The position numbers and the translations under genes are program-made. The notes beneath the pieces were generated by a model. That model was not told the DNA's origin. It searched no databases and saw nothing but the letters and a program-made list of their open reading frames with translations. Below are positions 38,146 to 51,900 of a stretch of DNA of 64,000 nucleotides, one piece after another. This DNA comes from Nageia nagi (Eukaryota > Plantae > Pinophyta). The DNA is taken from positions 126,046,001-126,110,000 of the forward strand of contig JBITNC010000001.1 in NCBI GenBank assembly GCA_050084985.1, written 5' to 3'. How positions within the stretch are numbered: the stretch's first letter is position 1; every line of letters starts with the position of its first letter.

Positions 38146-41100
38146 CTCCCTCTTAATTCAATATTGGGATAGATAGAATAAGAGAGAACATGTGCTAATT
38201 ATCATAACAAAATAGAGCATAAAAAATGCACATATGAGTTCCTCACATATAGATAACTAAATAGAGCCAAAAGACACATAAGAGTTTCTCACACAAGGAT
38301 AATTGAATAATGCTAGAATGGCCAATCTTTTGGTCTAAAAAATTTATACAACAAGTTCCTCATGTAGAATGAACTTACCACAAAGGTGTATAACAAAATC
38401 AACAATATACAACATAAAATCCTCTTAAGGTTGAAGTTATCATCACAAACATGAATTCAATATAAGAATTCAAACTTCACTCCCCCTTGAAGGCAACTTC
38501 AGCAACCTGATAGCATCCTTAACCTTACATAACTGAGCTTTAGGAAGGGGCTTAGTGAACAAATTAGCCAAGTTCAAGGTTGATGGATAATACTCTAGAT
38601 GTATGATGCCATCAAGAACCTTCTCCCTAATAAAATGGGCTTAGATTTCCACATGTTTTTTTCTCTAATGAAACACATAATTCTTAGCCAAAGAAATAGC
38701 TAATTAATTATTTGAAGAAATTAGAGATGAGTTAACTTGCTAATGCCTAATTTCTTTTATAAGATGCCTTAACTAAATAACTTCCTAAGCTATAACATAC
38801 ATGGCATGATATTAAGCTTCTATGGTGGAAAGAGAAATAGTAAGTTGCTTCTTGTAAGCCCAAGAGATAGCACCTAACCTAATGCTAAAAATATACATAG
38901 AGGTTAACTTCTTATTACCTCTATCTTCTCCATAGTTAAAATCTAAGAACCCAGAGAGAACAAATGAGGGAAACTTGGAATACTTGAGAGTAATACCCTT
39001 CATCCCTATAGAACACCTTAAGATTTGTTTAATAGCATTGAGGTGCTCAACATATGGTTTTGCATGAATCATGCCATGAAATTCATTGGAAAGGTAATAT
39101 CTAGCCTAGAAATAGTCAAATACAAAAGACTATCAATTAATTACCTATAAGCTGTAGCATTAGCCAACTAAGAGTTGGTGCTAAGATAAATAGTGATGCT
39201 AGGATAGACTAGGATTGTAGCATGTCTACACTCCTCCATTATAAACTTCAATAATATGTTTGATATATAATTGAATTGATTAATATAAGTACAATCTTTG
39301 TATTGATACACTTGCATTCCAAGGTAGTAGTGCAAGAGACCAAGATCAGTCATTTCAAATATTGCATTAAGTTTGAATATGCACTCTTGAATGATTTTGT
39401 CATTATTTCCAATAATCAAAAGATCAAACACATAAAGGAGAATCAAGATCACATCTTTTTTTAATTAAGTATATATAAATTGAAGTCAAAAAAGCACTTG
39501 GAGAATCCAATATATGCAAAATATCCTAAAATTTTCTTGTACCAAGCTCTAGGTGCTTGCTTAAGTCCATATAAAGACTTTTTTAGCTTGCACACAAAAT
39601 ACACTTTGCCTTCCATAATAAACCCTTCTAGTTGATTCATTAATATTTCCACATCTAAATCACCATTTAAAAATGCACTCTTGATATCAAGTTAAAAATT
39701 TTTCCATCCTTGAGCTACTGAAAGAGCAAAGATTATCCTAACAAAAGACATATTTTCCATAAGAGCAAAGGTTTCTTCATAATCAACACTATATTTTTAA
39801 TCAAAACCTTTAGCTATTAACTTTGCCTTGTATTTTTCAATATCCTTAATTGAATTGAACTTGACCTTGTAGATCCATTTAATACCAATCACATTCTTGT
39901 AATTGAGATAAGAAACCAAGTCTCAAGTTTCATTTTTCATAAAAGCCTCATATTCCACTTTCATGGCTTCCTTCTAGGACTCATGCTTTGAGGCTTCTTT
40001 GGAAGATGAGGGCTCATTCTTGTTATCAATTTTGGAGAATAAATTTTTTTTTAAAATCATGATCCTTGTTACCCTTTGTGTTGAAGAATTTTGCTCCTAA
40101 GGTGACTTATCTACATCAATATCCAAGCAACTATGTGTAACTAATGAATCGTATGGATCATTAAAATTCTCATTAGAAGTAGATTCTTTGAGATGTTCAT
40201 TGAACTTTACATCCCTAGATATGAACACTCCTTTGTAGGATGGAGAGTAGAGCCTATATCCTTTGTGCTATCTTTTATAATCCATAAAAATGCATTTGTT
40301 AGCTCTTTCATTTAACTTTTTTCTTTTCTTAGAAACATTCTAGAAAAAAGCTTCATAACCAAACACCTTAAGGTGAGAAATGTTAGGTTTTTTTCCTAAC
40401 CATGCCTTAAAAAGAGTTTTATCTTGAATGAATTTTGTGGGATACCTATTCAAAATGTAAATAGCAGTGCTTAGAATTCACCCCATAAGAAAATATGAAG
40501 ATTACCCAACATGCATCTATCCATCTTCATAATTATCCTATTTTCTCTTTCTGCAACACTATTCTGCTAAGGAGTGAATGGAATTATAATTTATCTCTTA
40601 ATTCTATACTTATTGTAATAGACATTGAACTCATTGCTATTATATTCTCTCCCATTATCTGATCTCAACATCTTGATTTTAAGGTTAGTTTGATTTTCAA
40701 CTAAAGCCTTAAAATTCTTAAAAGTTTGATCCTTGTGCCCCAAAAGATAACCAAATGTCATCCTACAAAAATCATTAATGAAGGTCAAGATGTAAAATTC
40801 TCCTCCAAGAGACTTAGTCTAAAATGGGCCATCAAATCTAAATGCATAAGTTAAAGAGGTTGAGATGCTCTTATTACCTTATCTTTTTCAAATATTTATT
40901 TATTCATATTTCCAAGGATGCACTTCTCACATAGACCAATTGAAGGTGAAATTAAAGGCAAACCTTTCACAAGTTCTTGGTCATTCATGACTTGAATACT
41001 CTTGTGTTTAAGGTGCCCTAAATGTTGGTGCCAATGATTACATTTAAAACACACATTCATAGTAAGACATATCTTTGTTAGAACTTGATCCATAATGTAG

Positions 41101-43229
41101 AGATCATCTTTCACTAAACTTTTAACCAATGTGGCAATTCCTTTCTTAATGCATAAGGATTATGAGTTGAACTTGAATGAGTACCTTTGTCTTAAAACTT
41201 GAATCATTAAGAGAAGGTTCATTCCAAGCTTAGGAACATAGAGCACATTTTAAAGAACCTTTCTATAAATCAACACACTCCCAATTTCTTAAACTTCAAG
41301 GATAGAGTTATCACCTATCATAACTGCATCTTTCTTATACTTGTGAAAATTTACAAACTTATCTTTTTCAAAGCATAGGTGATTACTACAACCAAAATTA
41401 ACAATCCAATTAGTAAAAAAAGAGTGAAACATGGAGTAGAGTGTAACAGTAAATCTAGCTTTTATATTCTTCTTCCCTTTAAATTTCTTTATATTTACAT
41501 TACACTTGATTTTTCTTCTCTTTCCTTATTGTAGCAATCAGTTTCTTTGTGACCATGTATGCTACAAAAGTTATAATTTCTATAAAAATTTACCTAAAGA
41601 TTTTATTTACTTACCTTGCCTTTTGCATCTTTTTGCTCGAAAAAGTTGTTTCTATTGTTACCATGATTGCCATTGTTGTTACCCCTTTTCTCAAACTTTT
41701 TGGTGTAAGAAGGATAAGTTTTCTTATGTTGATTGAACTTCTTTTTGAAAGGAGTTTTGGTTTCTCCTAGAGCAAAATTATTATTCTTTGAAGAGGAAAT
41801 CAACACCTTTTTGTTAAGAGTTTTCTCATGCTTCAAAAGGATCCTAAAAAGGTTCTCATCATAAAGCCTAGTCTCAATTACCATTACAAAATTACCAAAC
41901 TTTGAAGAAACGCTTTGGAGGATGATGAAGATAATGAACTCATCATTGATCCAATTGCACCCATAAGCAACAAGTTGGGTTCTAAGGTTAATGATTTTGT
42001 TCTAGCATATGGTAACATTTTCATCTTCCCCTTGATAAGATTGAAGCAAATTTTATAAAATAGTAAATCTTCTTGAGAACTTAGATCCAAGGTAAATCTT
42101 CTTAAGCTTATCCCAAGCTTCCTCTGCTGAGGTTAAGGTTGAAATCATAAAGAGCACATCATCTGACACTGTATAAAAACCATAGAGGTTGCCAACTCAT
42201 TCTTCATATTATATGCCTCAAGTGCCTTCTCATCTATAGGAGTAATAAGGTTATCATTCACTATTTGTCAAAGCTTCCTTGCTTATAATTCAACTCTCAT
42301 CTAAGGTTCCTAAATGCCAAAGTTGAAACTATCAATAATGTATTTAGGTAAAAAGATGTATCCCATTTGCTATAAAATAATGTGAATAAATAATAATCAT
42401 GTGGTTCAAAAAATAACATTACATGTTAAGTTTTATTCCAAGTAAATAATACATGTTAATTTTAACAATAAGGTCATGCTTGATTTGTTTCACAAGAGCA
42501 AATGTTTACAACTCAAATATATGTCCCATGTATCCAAATACTTTTTTCATAACCAAGAATAGTAGATGAAGAATGACATTATTAGGGTTTATTTTTTTCT
42601 CTAAAATTAGACCTTCACCTAGATGCCCACAAGGTGGAACCTAGGTACTACCAATCCTTTACCAGTTCACCTTAGGTAGTAATATACTTTGATAAGAAGA
42701 AGTACCTACTATTTTTTAAGGTTATGATATTTATTTTATAGGCCAAATTATTAATCTTGATTAGGTTTTAATTTATTCTCTTAGGTTATCAAGATAATCG
42801 TTGAATGGATTTATGGATATGTGGTATCACTACACACATGCTTGTCCATATATTAGAGTTATATCCAGACCAATAAAAAACTTAGAGGTAATTTAGAAGT
42901 ATAGACTTTTCACCATTTGGATCATCAAATTTAAAGGTTCTAGTCCACCTATCCTCACCTCATGGCTTCCCAAAAAATTCATGTTGCAGAATGTACATGC
43001 ATATGTATTCATTTTAAGGGGTTGCTCAATTCAATATTTGTAATTTTGCATAAGTTAATAAAGTAAAAATGCAAAACATGAAGTAAAGTGCATTAAATAT
43101 CATCCATTCATAACTTGGAACCTTAAGAGTCCAATGGATTTTGTTTACTAACCCCTAAAGGGCATCTTTACATAGGTCCATAATTTGCACAAGTTAACCT
43201 TGTAAAAAAAATGATAAATACTTAAGCAT

Positions 43230-43460
43230 AAGCATGCATTAATTCCATAATTTTCATAAGTTAACTTTGCATAAAGGATAAATATCTAGGCATAAGCATG
43301 CATCATTAAAAGAAATAAGCATGCATCATCAACTTAAAAAAGTAGGAAGCATGCATCATTTAACTTAAAAATTTTAAGTACTAAGCATGCATTATTAAGT
43401 TAAAAAAAAGTAAGTAGGAAGCAATATCATTTAACTTAAAACATTAATTGATAAGCATGC
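43230..43460. repeat. Cluster of AAGCATGCAT (RY-motif) short repeats in the copia 5' leader
   Basis: Perfect AAGCATGCAT at 43230, 43294, 43317, 43347 and 43383, plus AAGCATGC at 43453. Confidence 0.8.
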
Positions 43461-45203
43461 TTTATTTGCATAACTGAATAACTCCATCTTTGCATAAAGA
43501 TTTTATTAAAAAATAAACACTTAAAAAAAAGTAATAGACATGCAACTTGTCATAAGGATTTAAAAATTAAGTAAAATACTCATAATATTTTCCCCCATTT
43601 TACTTTAAACAAGATCCTTAAAAATAAATTAGTAAAAAGAATACCTCTTTTACTTAAGTAATATGAGAAGATTAAAAAAGCTACATTCTCTAAGTTGCAC
43701 TTTTATAAAATAACATTTTAAGCACTTTAGAAAGTACTATCATTATGTTAATAAAAGCAGGTTTTGAATTTATTAAATATAATGTCTAAATGTTTAAGTA
43801 TTTGAAGTAAAATGTAAAAAAAAAATTACCTTAAGTACAAGGTACATTTTACCCTTCCCAAGGTAATTTAAGATAGACATCAAAATGTTTTAGACCTTGA
43901 GTTTACGCTTTGTAAAGCTTAAAAGTTTCTAGGTGCATTAAATAAATATTGACTTGCAAGCAATATTGAAAATTTAATGCACTAGATAGGTTTATTTCAA
44001 AAAAGACTTCATACACCAATTAATCATTAAAGATAAGGGGTTGGTGGGTAGGAGAAAAAGAGGAATTAAATTTAGGTTAAAGACTAGTTACACATGGAGG
44101 AGAGATCACCAAGAAGACAAAAAACAACACTAATCACCAAGGAAGTCCTCATGTAGAGGAGAGTTTGCAATGAATTTAATGAGAAAGAGGTTAAGAGGGA
44201 AGGTGCAACAAAGAGTGAGGTTGATGCTCAAGCCAGTTAAGGAAGACAAGGTTTGAGAGGGCCATAGATGGGCCATGAAGGTGGGATGGTAGAGGGGGTG
44301 CAGAGGAGGAATGGCCATGAAACAAAGGAGAACCCCCAAGATATAGAACAAGAGGGGGCTTCATACGTAGGGAGGGTTTCCTAGGCATAGGGAGGCCATC
44401 CTTCTAAATATGATTGTGCATGGGAAGGATTTCCTTTTCTCCATGTGACTATGCATTAGTTATGGACCCATCATGAATGTGCAAGAGAAGGTTTAAAATG
44501 CATAAGGGGTTAATTTACACTAACAACATTTTATAGTGAAATTCAACCATCCCAACATTGAAAATGTAAGGTTCACCCCTTGCATTTACAAAAAAAATAT
44601 AATAATTTAAAAAATTAACCACTCCCATTTTCACTATGTAGCCAATTACTACTATATTGCTATTATAAAAAAAAGTAAAATAAAAGAATAGCCTCCTCAT
44701 GAAATGTATTGTGAAATAGATACTCAAATACAATAGTGAAATGTATTTTAAAAAAATTTATTTTTCTTCACAAAGATAGTAAAAAAATACAATATTTTTT
44801 TCTAAGATGTTATTTCTTTTTAATATATATATATATATTCAAATCATTTGATAAAAAAATTCAAACCAAATATATGCAAATTTAGAGCAATGTAACAAGC
44901 AATTTTAAACTTGTAACTAACAATAAGAAGTAGTAGTATAAGTAAACAAATTTGTTTCACAATATATTGCTCCTTTAAAGAAATTTTGCCACATATGTAA
45001 GAAATTACTAACATAATACAAAATATGTTTGTAACATTAGTGAAATATTCCAAAAGATAAAAAAAATGAAGCAAATTGTATGTAAAAGGTTATACCTTAT
45101 CTTGAATTTTACCTCAATAATGAAATGAAGAGATGAACACCAAGAAGAAGAGCTTCCACACCAAGGATGTGAAGATGAGTCTCCAAGGTGCTCTAATACC
45201 AAA

Positions 45204-45707
45204 TAGAGGAGTTGTAATATAATATAAACAACCCTAAACTACCAAGATCTCATGAAAGCTCAAACTCACATCTAAATAACTCAAATAAGATAATATCACA
45301 AATATAACTTAATAGATAAAGTGGTTCCTCCAACCAAGAGTATATCCACTAACTAGATCTTACTTCATTCACAAATATGAACCTCTTACAATTCTCCTAA
45401 TATCATCTCTTAAACACTATCCTATAACATAAATTTACTCTACAAATTGATGTGTGATCATAAAGAGGGAGCCTTCTATTTATAGGTCAAAATCCCTCTT
45501 TGAATCACCCTTTTATCCAATGTACAAAGGTATGACATGCAACTCCCTTTTACCTAAGGGGAATACTTATGACATGAAGTGTATAATAAGTTACATTATT
45601 ATATTCATTTAAATACTTAAGGTATCTATTGATACCATTAAGTATTAGTGAAATTACAAAGAGAATTAATACTAAACCTTTACATTAATGAATTATACAT
45701 TCCAAAA
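45204..45707 (-). repeat. 5' LTR of the copia element (504 bp)
   Basis: Aligns with 37646-38145 and is adjacent to the PBS. Confidence 0.9.
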
Positions 45708-48700
45708 CTAACATTTAATTATGTTTAATTATGGTTAGTAGTTATTTTAATTAGTAGCTTGTGTCGACTAGTGATGTGAACTATTATATTGTTGTAAGAT
45801 AAATTGCCATTTTGAATTAAACCATCAAATAGGGTTAGGGTAGGAAGTTTATAAATATTTGTAAGGGAAGTAAAGAGAAACATCTTGGAAAATCAATTAT
45901 CTTTTGTTTTGTAAGAAGAAAGCCCCCATGAAATGGCCTACAATTGGTTTTGCTATTAGTAATGTTATTTCATCCTATTATCTAGTTGTTAATTAGAGTA
46001 AATTGTTCCAATTGCTTTACTTGTCACATTTCAAATTTGTTGGCTATTTGGTGTTTAAATATTTCCTTTAGTATTTGAGGTGAAACCCCTTTTTAGTTCT
46101 ATTAGGTTCCTAACAAGTGATATCATAACATCATTTTTTGCTACCTATGGGTAATTTTGTGTGGTCATATTGAGTAGAAAATCTTGAAATTATCCATTTT
46201 ACAATCAAAACTCTACCCAAATGTTTACAGATTGTAACATCACATCAATGTGAAACCCTAGAATTGGTTATTTTTCTAGCAAAATCTTTACCAAAAATTT
46301 TCATGATCTCATGAAACCCTCAAAATGTTTGCCTAAAATAGTAGTTCCAAAATAGGAAAAAACTTTTGAGGATAATATCTCCCAAATTATGGGGAATTAG
46401 CATATTCTGAGTGTGCTTGTTCATTACCAAAGCTAACAATTTTTAGGAAAAATAATCCAAAAAACATCATTTTAAGATCTATGTCATTATGATTATTTTT
46501 TTTCTTGATTCTTTTTATATATAACACCCATATACTTTCTTAGTTTCAAAAGATAACAATTTCCAAAAAATAGTAGTTTCTAAAATTAGCAAGTTAGCTC
46601 CTACTATAATTTGATATGGCGAATGGAATAAGATATTAAGATATTGAAAAATTATCTATCAAGATAGATGAAATTGATGAATTCCTATGAAAATAGGATA
46701 TTGATAAAATGAATAGAAATATGACCACTATGCAAACAATAGTAACCACCTTTCAAGTGATAATAGCCTACTTAGGCACTAAATATGACCCTTTGAACAC
46801 CAATTATGCCATAGTAATTCAAAATTAGAGAACATCCACTATAAGAATAAATTGAGGTTCAGGATAAAACAATCAAGGATATTGCAACAATTAGGGGGAT
46901 AACCATATCATACACACCAATGTTTTTAACAAGCATCCATTCTTCCTTAAGTGATTAAGCTAGAATTCTCAAAATTTAGTGGCAAAGATAAACCTAGCTA
47001 GATTTATAAAGTAGAATAATACTTCTAATTGAATCAAATTATTGACACATAAAAGGTAAATATTGCATTATTCAACCTTGAATAAGAAGCCATACAATGG
47101 TACCAATGGTTTGAGAATGCAAATGGTACCCCCTTATGGGAAGATTTCAAAACAAATCTACTTATCCAACTTGGTCCAAGAGACTATAAAGATTTCATAG
47201 GAGCTCTTCTAAAATTATGATAAACTTCATTAATAAAGTAATATCAAGCTTAGATATAAAAACTTGCAAACCACAATGAAGGGTTGGATGAGTTGTTTTC
47301 AAAAACTTGCTTCATTAGCAACTTAAATGATGAGATTCGAGAGGAAGTAAATATGTTCAATCCAAAAATGATGATGGATATGATTGCATTAGCCAAACTT
47401 ACTCAATATAAATTCAATGCTCAAAGATATTAGGTGAAGAATCCATTTATCAAACCATAGTCTCTTCTTATTTCTCCCAAACCTAATTTTTCATTAATAA
47501 TCAAGCGACTTACACCTGAGAAAATGAAGGAGGATAAAGAGAAGGGTATTTGTTACTATTATGATGAAAAGTACAATCTTGATCATTTATGTACCATGCA
47601 AAAATTATATTTGTTAAATGTTGATGATCTTGAAGAATCAACCAATGAGGAAGAAGAGGTAATAGTTGAAGAAGTAGCAAATGAGCCGTACAACACTAAG
47701 GATGAGGTACCTAAAATTTCTTATAATGCTCTTTCAAGGATTTATTAACTACAAATAATGAAATATATAGGTTAACTCAAGAGGTAGTCACTCAATATAT
47801 TATTTTAATTTGGAAGCACCCATAATTTTATTGAGCCAAGGTTGGCCAAACAAGTCAATTATTTCATATACCCTCAAAATAACTTTGAAGTGATGATAAA
47901 AAATGGTAGAAAATTTGCTTATAAGGGAAAATATCATAATGTAAGACTTACAATAGATTATTATTAGATGTAGTGTGATATTTATGTACATCCCTTGGGA
48001 GGATATATGTAATCCTTGAATTCCAATGCTTACAAATATTGGGACCCATTTTATAAGATTTTGTTGAATTATGGATGAAGTTCATTATCATAGTAGATCC
48101 ATATACTCTTAGAGTACATGTGGGGCCTTCTCAAATTATATGTTCCCATTTTTTGGAGAAGCTTATTCACAAAAGGGTAAATGGGATGATGGTACAATTA
48201 TTTTAATTTCAACTAGTTGCAAAAGGACATGATGAGCTAGAGGAATTGCAATAACTATTTCAATATCATGTAATAATTTTTGAAGAACCCAAAGGGTTAC
48301 CACCAAACTACCCTCATGACCATGCTATATAGTTCTTATTAGTAATTAAACCACCAAAAATTCAGCTATATCATTATCCATCCCCTACTAAAGAATGAAA
48401 TCAAATGATTGATGCAAGATATGCTGGAGATAGGGATAATTCAACTAAATATTAGACCTTACTCTTCCCCTTTGTTGCTAGTACAAAAGAAGGATAGATC
48501 TTGGCACATGTATATTAACTTTTGGGCTCTCAACAAAATCTTAGTAAAAGATAAATTTCCTATTCCTATCATTAATGAATTACTAGATGAAATATATGGT
48601 GCTAATTTATTTTCCAAAGTAGATTTACTGTTGGGCTATCATCAATTTTGGCTCCATGAGGAGGATATTTCAAAAATGGCTTTATGTACATTTGAAGATC

Positions 48701-49620
48701 ATTATGAATTTTTGGTGGTTCCATTTGATCTTAATAATGCTCCTTCTACCTTCTAGAGATTGATGAATTAGGTATTCTACCTTTATCTTTGAAATTTTAT
48801 TTTAGTTTTCTTTGAAGAGATTTTTAGTTACAAGAAAACTCTGGAGGACCACCTAGCCCATCTAGATCAAACATTATAAATTCTCCAAGATAATTAATTG
48901 TATACCAAGCATTCGAAGTGCACCTTTATATAATGGGTGATATAATACCTAAGGAAAATAATTTTAAAGGAAGGTATCAAGGTAGATACCCCAAATATTG
49001 TATATATATATATTTCACCTTTGTTTAAATCACTTAAAAGGATACGTAGATTCCTTGGATTGATTAGGTACTACCACAAGTTTGTGAAGTATAATAGAAA
49101 TATTACTACTCTACTCAAATTTTTACTCAATAAGGACTCATTTAAGTGATCTCCCATTACAAAGGAATCATTTTGTAAGTTAAAAGAAGCCATGTGCACC
49201 ACCCCTACATTATCCTTGCTAGATTTCTATAAAATATTCATCATTGAGAGGGATGCTTTGAGAGTTGGTATTGTTATAGTTGTAATGCAATAAGGTAAAT
49301 CCTTAGTTTTTACTAGCAAGGCATTAAACTAGGTTGTAATTTGGCTAAGTCTACATATAAAAAAGAGATGATTTGGATCATAGGCTCATGTTTAGACAAA
49401 CTTACCAGAATTCATGGATGAGGGTGTCATAAAGCTGGAACTTGAAATAATTTTATAACAATGCACTCTTCAACTATGTAATTAAACCATCATTGAAGTT
49501 CTTATCCATTAGTGTGGCTTAGCATTAGAAGATACAACTTAGGATATAGCATGTTATCTTCAATAGGAGTTTCTTAATGTTTAGCTTTAAGTACAAAGCT
49601 CTTTTCCAAGAGTAGTGATA

Positions 49621-50028
49621 TGTTAGGATTCCACATCTTAACATAAATAATTAAGTTTAATTATGAATCATAGTTATTTTAATTAGTGGCTTATGTCCAC
49701 TAATGATATGAACTATTATATTCTTTTAAGATGAATTCCAATTAAGGTTAAGGTAGGAAGTCTATAAATATTTATAATAGGGATAAAGAGAAGCTTACTA
49801 GAAAATCAATTATTGTTTGAGTTGAAAGGAGGAAGCTCCAATGAAGCGACCTATAATTTGAATTGCTATTAGTAAAGTGATTATGTTATAGTATGTGGTT
49901 ATTAATCTAAGCATATTATTTCAATTAGTTTACTTGTTGCATTTCAAATCTGCTAGCTATTTTGTATTTAAATATTTCTTTTGGTATTCAAGGTAAAATC
50001 CCTTTTCAATTCTGTTAGGTTCTTAACA
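49621..50028 (+). repeat. 3' LTR of gypsy B (408 bp)
   Basis: TGTTAGGA...TCTTAACA termini; aligns with the rejoined 5' LTR. Confidence 0.88.
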
Positions 50029-50249
50029 ATTAATCTCTCAACAAACCCTTGAATTTTTCCCAAGAAAAGAAAGGTAGTTGATTCTCATGTTTGAAGGATT
50101 CAAAATGACATTCCCACCAAACTAATCTATGATCTCCCATTTTTAATCTAGAAAATGAAATTTTCTAAATATCATTTTCAACACATTTAACTTGAAACTA
50201 TACCTCATGTAGTTTCAACCATCCTACTTTTAGAAGGTGGACTTACTTT

Positions 50250-51800
50250 GGTTCGCATATATTGGCTCAAAATTATGAATATTTGCACCAAGCCTATTTC
50301 TTTTTGGATCTTTATTATGAATCTCATTCTACTGATGTTTCTTCCATGTCCTATTTTAATAATGGCCTAGGTTTTGCCTTCTTTTATCCTATTTCTATTC
50401 ATTAATAGGTGTATTTTTCTTTTGATTTTTGAACCAACAAAGTTGTTTAGGACTCTTTTTATTATCATTATTATTTTGTTCAACATTATTAGATTTGAAA
50501 TTATCATTTGCCATCTTTCTTAAAGTCAAATTGAACTTTTCTCTTTTTGCAAGATTAAAGGCTTCATGGATCGAATCATGCTAATGAAAGTTGATGGTGA
50601 TTCCAATTTTGGTTTCAAGACCTAGAATGAATCTCTATGTTTTTAGTTTTCATACATATTAAAGGCTAGTATGTATTTGAACAATTTGATGAATTACTTA
50701 TAGTATGCTTCAATTGAGAGATTTTTCTATTCTAGCTTGAAAAACTCATTTTACCTTTCTGCATAATACTCATTTGTTAAGTATCCCTCCTTCAAAAGTT
50801 TGACAAACGTGTTCTATTTTACATAAATAATTTGGTTATTAGAATTCACTAAATAAATATGCCATCATTTGGATGCAATTTCTATTAAGTATAAAGCTTC
50901 CGTAGTGGTCCTAGTATTTGTTCCATATCCTTTTATTACAAAGTGAGACTCTAACTTTGTTATCCATCCTTCATTCTCCTCTACATTTTTACCATTAAAC
51001 TTAGAGGGATGAAAGTGTATCATATCCTTAGTAAGTTCAGTAGTGAGTTGAGATTTCAACTATAATAAAGGATCATCATGCACATCTTGTATATCCATTC
51101 CAAGTTGGATGTTCTAGAGTTGGGTAATCAATTATTGATTTTCATGAAGTTGTTCTCTCATTTGTTTCACCACTACATCAATGGTGACCCTCATTATCAG
51201 TATCCATATTTGAGATATTTTATTAAGGAATATTTCTTATAAACCTGCCTTGGTTCCTACCTCTTCCATGATCCCTAAACCCTCCTTTACCTCTATGAGT
51301 CTCAACCATTTTCTTCTACAAGTAAAATAGCTATGAATACTTTAAGATAAGTAGATAGAATTTAATAATCATGGCCTCTGATACTAACTATAATACACTA
51401 AAAAAATAAATTTAAACCTTACACTTTCTATTTGCACTCTAATCAAGGTTTCATAAAAATGTTTTAATTTTTATATAGATTACTATGATCAACATTAGTG
51501 AGAATCAAGTTTGCATCATCATTAAAGACAATGTTACAGATATAACAAACTTCATCTAGCAAAATCATTACTACTAGATCAACTTGCATTCAAAAGTTAT
51601 AATGATAACAACCCATCCTAGATTTGAAAATCATTAGAATCTGGTTCATCTATGAAGTTTGTTATCTTATATCCTTCATCGGGAACCATAGTACACCTCA
51701 TACAATTTATTACCTTACTAGAATCTCAAAATATATTCTTAGTTTGAGTTGAATATATGTATTGTAAAATTTTGTAATTTGTAGTTCTAGGTGTATACAA
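50250..51800 (-). mobile_element. Truncated Ty3/gypsy element C (gag, PBS, LTR remnant)
   Basis: Gag peptide FHPSKFNGKNVEENEGWITKLESHF (ORF 50865-51059). PBS-like GCCTCTGATACTA at 51374-51386 adjoins a decayed LTR end. The right boundary is uncertain. Confidence 0.65.
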
Positions 51801-51900
51801 GTGGATTAACTAATGATGCCTCAAGTTTACTAAGCTCACTTAGACTTTTGGGTCAAGCTTTCTTTTTCTAGATAGTAACCTAAATACAATGATATAAAGG

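Larger units (their letters stand above)
37646..45707 (-). mobile_element. Full-length but decayed Ty1/copia retrotransposon with perfect CTAAC target-site duplication
   Basis: LTRs at 37646-38145 and 45204-45707; TSD CTAAC at 37641-37645 and 45708-45712. PBS GCTCTAATACCA at 45190-45201; PPT (CTCCCTCTT on plus) at 38146. Domain order is gag (~42360), PR, INT (LRSDNGREY), RT (KLKKSLYGLKQAPRAWY), RNaseH. Many stops and frameshifts. Confidence 0.93.
37624..50028 (+). mobile_element. Chromodomain-bearing Ty3/gypsy element B (Reina-like), integrase deleted, 5' LTR interrupted by copia
   Basis: 5' LTR 37624-37645 + 45713-46115 (TG...CA) and 3' LTR 49621-50028 (TG...CA). Decayed PBS at ~46118 and PPT before 49621. 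TSD AATAA (37619-37623) / ATTAA (50029-50033). Gag ~46950-47600; RT 48409-48950 (RPYSSPLLLVQKKDRSW, KDKFPIPIINELLDE, HYEFLVVPF); chromodomain ~49400-49580. Confidence 0.88.
35355..50240 (-). mobile_element. Old Ty3/gypsy element A (gag-PR-RT-RNaseH remnants at 35355-37623 and 50029-50240), split by gypsy B
   Basis: RT motifs RIKEEDIWKTTFKTRQ and YLDDILII (~35860-36020). The protease region is tandemly duplicated (~36400-37100). The gag reads WEKFKGLLRD on the right of the insertion and FYPLG...ESIQDYTTKF on the left. Confidence 0.8.

Noticed and set aside
44130-44388. Pro/His/Leu-rich minus-strand ORFs in the copia leader
   Set aside because: A by-product of purine/pyrimidine strand skew; no domain similarity evident.
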